A stretch of DNA of 64,000 nt from Bacteroidota bacterium (lineage in GTDB: Bacteria; Bacteroidota; Ignavibacteria; SZUA-365): NCBI GenBank assembly GCA_003246455.1, contig QKAF01000079.1, positions 399 to 64,398 of the forward strand, written 5' to 3'. The position numbers and the translations under genes are program-made. The notes under the pieces are model-generated. The model was not told the origin of the DNA. It was given only the letters and a program-made list of their open reading frames with translations, and ran no database searches. How positions within the stretch are numbered: the first letter of the stretch is position 1; each line of letters starts with the position of its first letter. Below, piece by piece: positions 56,164 through 64,000 of the stretch.

Positions 56164-57225
56164 ATGGAAAGCAAGGAATTGCGGCTGACGAACGTATTTC
56201 TCGGGATAATTGTCGTTTTTGCGGCGGGAATGCTGCTTTACGAACTTCAGGCAGTGATTCTGCCGTTCATCCTCGCGATTTTTCTCTCCTATATATTCAA
56301 GCCGTTCGTCCTGCTGCTCAAGCGAAAAAAAATTCCGTCCCCGCTGGCCCTGCTGCTCGTGTTCATCGTGATTTCCGGATTGTTTTTCGGACTTTCCTCG
56401 ATTATCTATTCCAGTTTCGAGGCGTTTGTACGCGAAGCACCGAAGTACCAGGACAAATTATCTCTGATTCTTCGGGAGTTCACGCTGCAGGTCGATCAGA
56501 TCGCCGCGCGTTTCGACATCAAACCCGAAAGCGTCGGACTGACGGATCTGATCGATATTTCCGCGCTGACATCCGCCGTGACCTCCGGCGCCGGTTCGGT
56601 CTTTTCCGGCCTGGGCAACGTCTTCCTCATTCTCCTGCTGATGTTCTTCATCCTTGCAGGGAGCGGCGATCTGGTTGCGAAGGTCCGCGTCGCCATGGTG
56701 GAACGCCATTCGCAGACGCTCTCGACCATGCTCGAAAGCATCGATCAGCGCGTGCGGCAGTACCTGATCGCAAAGACCCTGATCAGCCTTGCGACGGGAG
56801 CACTGACAACGGTGATCCTGCTGATCTTCGGGGTGGACTTCGCCCTGCTCTGGGGCTTCCTGACTTTTCTGCTGAATTTCATTCCGAATATCGGCTCCAT
56901 CGTCGCCATCGTCTTTCCGATCACGATTTCTTTCCTGCAGTTCGATTCCGTCACGACGCCCCTCGTCGTGCTCGCCCTGCTCATCGTGACGCAGATGCTG
57001 ATGGGCAACGTGATCGAACCGAAGATCATGGAATTCAGCCTCAATCTCAGTCCTCTCCTGGTCCTGGTCGCGTTGATATTCTGGGGGTGGCTCTGGGGTA
57101 TCTGGGGAATGATTCTCGCGGTCCCGATGATGTCCATCCTGAAGATCGTTTTCGAGAACGTCGAAGCGCTGAAGCCCATCAGCGTGCTCATGAGTGGTAC
57201 CGTTCCCGTTCGATCCGGGGAGTGA
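56164..57225 (+). CDS. AI-2E family transporter
   Basis: FIPNIGS, GNVIEPK, LSPL, WGWLWGIWGMILAVP. Start MESKE. Confidence 0.92.
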   Translation: MESKELRLTNVFLGIIVVFAAGMLLYELQAVILPFILAIFLSYIFKPFVLLLKRKKIPSPLALLLVFIVISGLFFGLSSIIYSSFEAFVREAPKYQDKLSLILREFTLQVDQIAARFDIKPESVGLTDLIDISALTSAVTSGAGSVFSGLGNVFLILLLMFFILAGSGDLVAKVRVAMVERHSQTLSTMLESIDQRVRQYLIAKTLISLATGALTTVILLIFGVDFALLWGFLTFLLNFIPNIGSIVAIVFPITISFLQFDSVTTPLVVLALLIVTQMLMGNVIEPKIMEFSLNLSPLLVLVALIFWGWLWGIWGMILAVPMMSILKIVFENVEALKPISVLMSGTVPVRSGE

Positions 57226-57327
57226 TCCGTGGTTACTCTTCCCGGCGCTTCCCTGTAATGAATAATCCCCCGACGGGGCAGGCCCGCCGGGGGAGGCTGT
57301 TCACTCTTCCAGGGATGATTCAGGAGC

Positions 57328-57768
57328 TTAGTTGATGGAGATCTGACGCGGTTTGACTTCCTCGGATTTCGGAACGGTGACGACGAGCACGCCGTCTTTG
57401 TATGACGCGGAGATCTTTTCCGCATCGACCTGCGTCGGGAAGGTGAAGCTGCGGTAGAACTTGCCGCTGACCCGTTCGACACGGTGGCAGGTCGCATCCT
57501 TCTTCTCTTCCATCGACTGGCGCTCGCCGCTGATCTTCAGCGTGTTGTCCGTGAAGTTCATTTTGATCTCTTCCCGCTTCATTCCCGGGATGTCGAAACT
57601 CAGTTCATACTTGTCCGTGTCCTCGGTGATGTCTGCCATCGGGCTCCAGACGGCGGATTCGTAATCCTCATCGCGCTCGCGGCGCGCCGGCATACCGTTG
57701 AAAAAACGGTTCATTTCGCGCTGCAGATTCATCATCTCGTTGACGGGGTTCCAGCGTACGACTGTCAT
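57328..57768 (-). CDS. Hsp20/alpha-crystallin small heat-shock protein
   Basis: DIPG, LKISGER, ER..G.FYRSF, ASYKDGVL.V.VPK. AGGAGG SD. Confidence 0.95.
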   Translation of the reverse strand: MTVVRWNPVNEMMNLQREMNRFFNGMPARRERDEDYESAVWSPMADITEDTDKYELSFDIPGMKREEIKMNFTDNTLKISGERQSMEEKKDATCHRVERVSGKFYRSFTFPTQVDAEKISASYKDGVLVVTVPKSEEVKPRQISIN

Positions 57769-57834
57769 GGTATCATACCTCCTAAGTGGGTTGGATCGTT
57801 GAAACGTTTTTTTGCTCGTTCACCCGTTGTATAT

Positions 57835-57849
57835 TCAACTGCTGTGCCA
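57835..57849 (-). promoter_or_regulatory. Sigma54-like -24/-12 promoter for hsp20
   Basis: On - strand TGGCACA-GCAG-TTGA. Confidence 0.55.
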
Positions 57850-57882
57850 AACGTGTAAACCGGCAGCATCGTCAGTAAAAGC

Positions 57883-57989
57883 CGCCAAAATGTCAGCATA
57901 AATGTCGCATCATGCTGTAAAGGTGTCAGCGACCTGTCAAAACGGCACCTTGTGCGGACAATATGGCATCTACGTCTGTCACGTTGGCA
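57883..57989. promoter_or_regulatory. Array of five TGNCA-N3-TGNCA-like palindromes (candidate activator sites)
   Basis: Copies start at 57883, 57916, 57935, 57956, 57977. Confidence 0.65.
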
Positions 57990-58012
57990 CATAATAACGT
58001 TCCAGAACGGTC

Positions 58013-58028
58013 TGGTACGATGATTGCA
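58013..58028 (+). promoter_or_regulatory. Sigma54-like -24/-12 promoter for dnaJ-clpB
   Basis: TGGTACG-ATGA-TTGCA versus consensus TGGCACG-N4-TTGC. Confidence 0.65.
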
Positions 58029-58041
58029 CTCATTCAGGATT

Positions 58042-58812
58042 ATGATGAACCAGAAGAACTACTACGAAATACTGCATGTCGCGGAAACCGCCAGCGAGGA
58101 GGAAATCAAAAAGGCGTATCGGAAGCTGGCGAAGGAGTCGCATCCTGATCGGCATCCCGACGATGCGGCAGCCGAAGAGAAATTCAAGGAAATCGGCGAA
58201 GCGTACGATGTGCTGAAGGATCCCGACAAGCGGCGAAAGTATGACGAGCTTCGCCGGTACGGCGCCGGACAGGCGCACGGCAATATGTCGTACGAGGATT
58301 TCATCAATCGCTTCGGCGGGTATCAGGAGAGGGGCAGCGGCCAGGAAGAGTTCACCTGGGGCTTCGGCGGCGGTCTCGACGACATCTTTTCACAGCTGTT
58401 CGGCGGGTCGGGCAGCCGGTCGCGCGGCGGCTCGCAGCGTTCCCGGGGTTTTCATTTCGACTTCGGCGGCGGGGGATCACACTCCGAACCCCTCCGGCCT
58501 GAGACGACGCACGATCCGTTTTTCAAGCGCAAGGGCAGCGATGCCTATGTCGATATCCCCATCAACCTCGCGCAGGCGCTTCTCGGTTCGACGATACGCG
58601 TACGCACGCCGCAGGGAAAGAAAGTCAATGTGAAAATCGCCGCGGGAACGCAGCCCGAGGCGGTTCTGCGCGTGCGCGGGATGGGATTCGTCCATCAGGG
58701 GCATGCGGGCGATCTCTATATCCGCACGCACCTGACCATTCCCTCCGATCTGACGGAGGACCAGAAAAAGAAAGCCGCGGAACTGCTCGGGGAACTGGGC
58801 ATGCGGTACTAG
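58042..58812 (+). CDS. DnaJ-class co-chaperone (CbpA-like, no zinc finger)
   Basis: J-domain with HPD, G/F-rich linker with DIF, one C-terminal DnaJ_C subdomain. Confidence 0.9.
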   Translation: MMNQKNYYEILHVAETASEEEIKKAYRKLAKESHPDRHPDDAAAEEKFKEIGEAYDVLKDPDKRRKYDELRRYGAGQAHGNMSYEDFINRFGGYQERGSGQEEFTWGFGGGLDDIFSQLFGGSGSRSRGGSQRSRGFHFDFGGGGSHSEPLRPETTHDPFFKRKGSDAYVDIPINLAQALLGSTIRVRTPQGKKVNVKIAAGTQPEAVLRVRGMGFVHQGHAGDLYIRTHLTIPSDLTEDQKKKAAELLGELGMRY

Positions 58813-58825
58813 GAGAAAGAAAAAC

Positions 58826-61427
<2,602 letters not shown>

Positions 61428-61444
<17 letters not shown>

Positions 61445-61814
61445 CCCGGAAACCCTTCGCTTTGAAGTACTCGACCGCGGTTTTGCGGTGGTCGCCCTGG
61501 ATCTCGATGGTGTCGTCCTTGACCGTGCCGCCGGAACCGCAGCGCGTCTTCAGTTCACGGGCATAGTTCTCGAGATCCTGCTTCGTGTGAAAGAAGCCCT
61601 TGATGACGGTGACGCCTTTTCCCTTGCGTCCCTTTTTCTCCAGCTGCACGTGCAGCTTGCTCAGCGCGATCGCCCTGTCGGTCGCGCTGCTTTTTTTCGT
61701 GCTGCCCGGGGCATCCGCATTCCCCGCGGCCTGTTCCGATTCCTCGGCCGCGCCGCCGCTTCCGGGAAAAAGCTTCCGCAGATCGGAGAGATCGTTGAGT
61801 GTCTGTTTGGCCAT
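61428..61814 (-). CDS. yciH: SUI1/YciH translation initiation factor family
   Basis: KGRKGKGVTVI, LKTRCGSGGTVK, IEIQGD. Confidence 0.9.
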
Positions 61815-62106
61815 GTGGTACCCTGCGTCGCCGGTGACGGAATCATTCGTTCATGTGCAAGGTAGCATCCGTGACGTCGTCTCTCAAATCCTCACACATT
61901 GGCAACACGAGTCCAACGGCCGCCTAACACGACGAAGCGATATTGGAACTCCCTCCGTATAAGAGCGAAAGGCGAGGGGCAGGTGTATCAGTCAGTATCC
62001 CACCACCACGCGGAACCCACCGCACACCTCCCCTCACTTATTCGTTTCCATCGCCAGGTGCCGTTTTTCCATTTTCAAATCTGAACCGCACGTGTAGATT
62101 GCAGGT

Positions 62107-64000
62107 ATGTGCAAACGCATCCTGTACGTCCTGCTCGTTATCGCCGCAACGGCGGCGGAGGCGCAGCAGTACCCGTTCACCCGGTACGGCACGGAGGACG
62201 GCCTTCCGCAGAACCATGTCACGAGCGTGACCATGGACCATCGCGGCTTCCTCTGGGCGGCTACCGCCGACCGGGGCATCGTCCGATACGACGGGAAGGA
62301 GTTCGTGCATTTCGGAGGTCAGGATGCCTTTATCCATGGCGGGGTGTTCTCCCTCGCGACGGACGGGCATCGCTGGCTCTTCGCCGGATGCAATGACGGC
62401 GTGCGCGTGCTGGAACTGGGCCGCGACGGCACGGACCGTCCCGACACCGCGCTCAACCGGATACTGTCCCGTACAGGCGGTCCCGTACGCCATCTTTCCC
62501 GGCGCAGGGATCGGCGTCTGTACATCGAGACGCTCGAAGGAGCATGGCTGTATTCACCGACAGACAGCAGCCTCACGCGCTGTCCGGCGGAGACGCCGCC
62601 GTATGCGTATCTTCAGCCGCGCGTGCCGGGCATGCAGATCCGGGAAATGGCGAAGGACTGCAGCGGTCGCGCGTGGATGGCGACCGACAGCGGTCTGGTC
62701 ATTCTCACCGACGCGTCGCGGCACGTGTTCGGTCCCGAAGACGGACTCCCCGAACGGAACGTCACCAGCGTCTGCATCGACCAGGAGTCGGGAATCTGGT
62801 GCGGGAGCAGCGAAGGGCTGTATCACCTCGTGCCGCAGCGACTGTTCACCTTCTCGTTCGGCGACAGCGGGGCGGTCTCGTGCATGATCGAGACCGAGGA
62901 CCGCGGAATGTACTTCGGAACGCGCGGGAGCGGGGTGATTCGTGTTTTCGACGGCCCCCGGCGGCAGATCACGACGGACGACGGACTCCCGTCGAATGAC
63001 ATCACGTCGCTGTACGAAATGCCGAACGGCGAGCTGCTCATCGCCACGACGAACGGTATCGTGCTATGGGGAGAAAACGGGGTGCAGCGAATGCCGGCAA
63101 CGCTTCTGCTGCCCGATCCCCGCGTCAACCAGATCCATCTCGCGAACGACCGCAGCTTCTGGTTCGCGACGATGAACGGCCTGGTGCACTGGGACGGCGA
63201 GCGGAGCACGGTTTTTACCGTGCGTGACGGACTCCCCTCCAACCGCATATCCTGCATGACGGAAGACGCCTACGGATTCATCCTGGTGGGAACGCATGAC
63301 GGACTCGCGCGTGTGCGCGCCACCGGCGGAGGGAACGTGACCAGCGTGCATGAACTCGGAGGGCTTCACATCTCGTCGGTGTTCATCGACGCCAAGGAAC
63401 GTCTCTGGGTGGGCACCGTCGGCTCCGGCGTGATCGTGAGCATCAAGGGGCGCCTCTTTCATCTCGGGAAGGCCCAGGGACTGGCCGGCGGAAATATCGC
63501 CTTCATCGGCCAGGACAACTTCGGCGCGCTGTATTTCGGCAGCAACCGCGGCGTCAGCGTGCTCCCGCAGGAGAACCTGCAGTATCTTCTCCCCGTCGAT
63601 TCCGTGACGACAGGATGGAACAGCGTGCCGCCCGCGCAGCTTCCTTTTCTCCGGGCGACGTCCATGTATCCGCTGACGCGTGCGATGGGGCTTGTCGGAG
63701 AAGGGATGGAAGACGGGGCGGTGCTTCGGGACCGCGCAGGCAGAATGTGGTTCGGCTGCAGCGCGGGAGCGACCAGCTACAATCCGGCGAAACCCACCGG
63801 CGTCGGCCGCTGGGTGCCGCCCCCCTGCCGTCCGTTCGACAACAGCGCCGAGGCGGCGCTGCCGATGCATATCATCCTCGCGGAGGTATGCGTGAACGAC
63901 ACGTGCACGGAAACGCGCGGATTGCTTACCTTGGGTGAGGACGACCACGTGCTGCGCGCGCGGGTCCTGCTGCCGAGCTTCCGCAATCCCGGGCAGGTGC
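62107..64000 (+). CDS. Two-component regulator propeller (Reg_prop, likely Y_Y_Y) sensor protein, partial
   Basis: Not in ORF track because it has no stop in the window. MCKRILYVLLVIAATAAEA-QQY, repeated DGLP.N...D..G.(L/I)W motifs, ends ..PSFRNPGQV. Confidence 0.88.
   Translation, partial: MCKRILYVLLVIAATAAEAQQYPFTRYGTEDGLPQNHVTSVTMDHRGFLWAATADRGIVRYDGKEFVHFGGQDAFIHGGVFSLATDGHRWLFAGCNDGVRVLELGRDGTDRPDTALNRILSRTGGPVRHLSRRRDRRLYIETLEGAWLYSPTDSSLTRCPAETPPYAYLQPRVPGMQIREMAKDCSGRAWMATDSGLVILTDASRHVFGPEDGLPERNVTSVCIDQESGIWCGSSEGLYHLVPQRLFTFSFGDSGAVSCMIETEDRGMYFGTRGSGVIRVFDGPRRQITTDDGLPSNDITSLYEMPNGELLIATTNGIVLWGENGVQRMPATLLLPDPRVNQIHLANDRSFWFATMNGLVHWDGERSTVFTVRDGLPSNRISCMTEDAYGFILVGTHDGLARVRATGGGNVTSVHELGGLHISSVFIDAKERLWVGTVGSGVIVSIKGRLFHLGKAQGLAGGNIAFIGQDNFGALYFGSNRGVSVLPQENLQYLLPVDSVTTGWNSVPPAQLPFLRATSMYPLTRAMGLVGEGMEDGAVLRDRAGRMWFGCSAGATSYNPAKPTGVGRWVPPPCRPFDNSAEAALPMHIILAEVCVNDTCTETRGLLTLGEDDHVLRARVLLPSFRNPGQV

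Noticed and set aside
57883-57989. CRISPR-like or iteron array
   Set aside because: Units are 13-bp degenerate dyads with 6-20 bp gaps, and there is no cas or rep gene.
58024-58050. Possible CIRCE (TTGCACTC half-site) before dnaJ
   Set aside because: No GAGTGCTAA arm 9 nt later; the TTGC fits better as a sigma54 -12 element.

Overview
GC-rich bacterial chromosomal segment of about 53 protein-coding genes. I found no rRNA, tRNA, CRISPR array, phage gene or intact transposase. Four proteins carry T9SS-like C-terminal domains, many signal peptides are followed by Gln, and real Shine-Dalgarno sites are used. Together these suggest an FCB/Bacteroidota-related organism outside Bacteroidia (Ignavibacteria/Kapabacteria-like; inference). 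Content: many signalling proteins (two-component pairs, multi-PAS kinases, single-domain receivers), secreted beta-propeller proteins, housekeeping enzymes (ilvE, cobB, pruA, alr, gapN-like, trmO, rhodanese, NUDIX, GPx), transporters, and a divergent hsp20 / dnaJ-clpB locus. Best leads: (1) the heat-shock intergenic region has two divergent sigma54-like promoters flanking five TGNCA-N3-TGNCA palindromes, partly at 21-bp spacing, and no CIRCE; (2) a tightly coupled operon of a D-amino-acid PLP enzyme, an M19 dipeptidase and a class D beta-lactamase; (3) a LytTR system with three 21-bp-phased boxes facing a small ExbB-like membrane protein; (4) a candidate CU-rich sRNA or small ORF; (5) a PAS/GAF sensor with no output domain, and a pseudo-receiver kinase. 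All calls come from reading motifs by eye; no searches were run.
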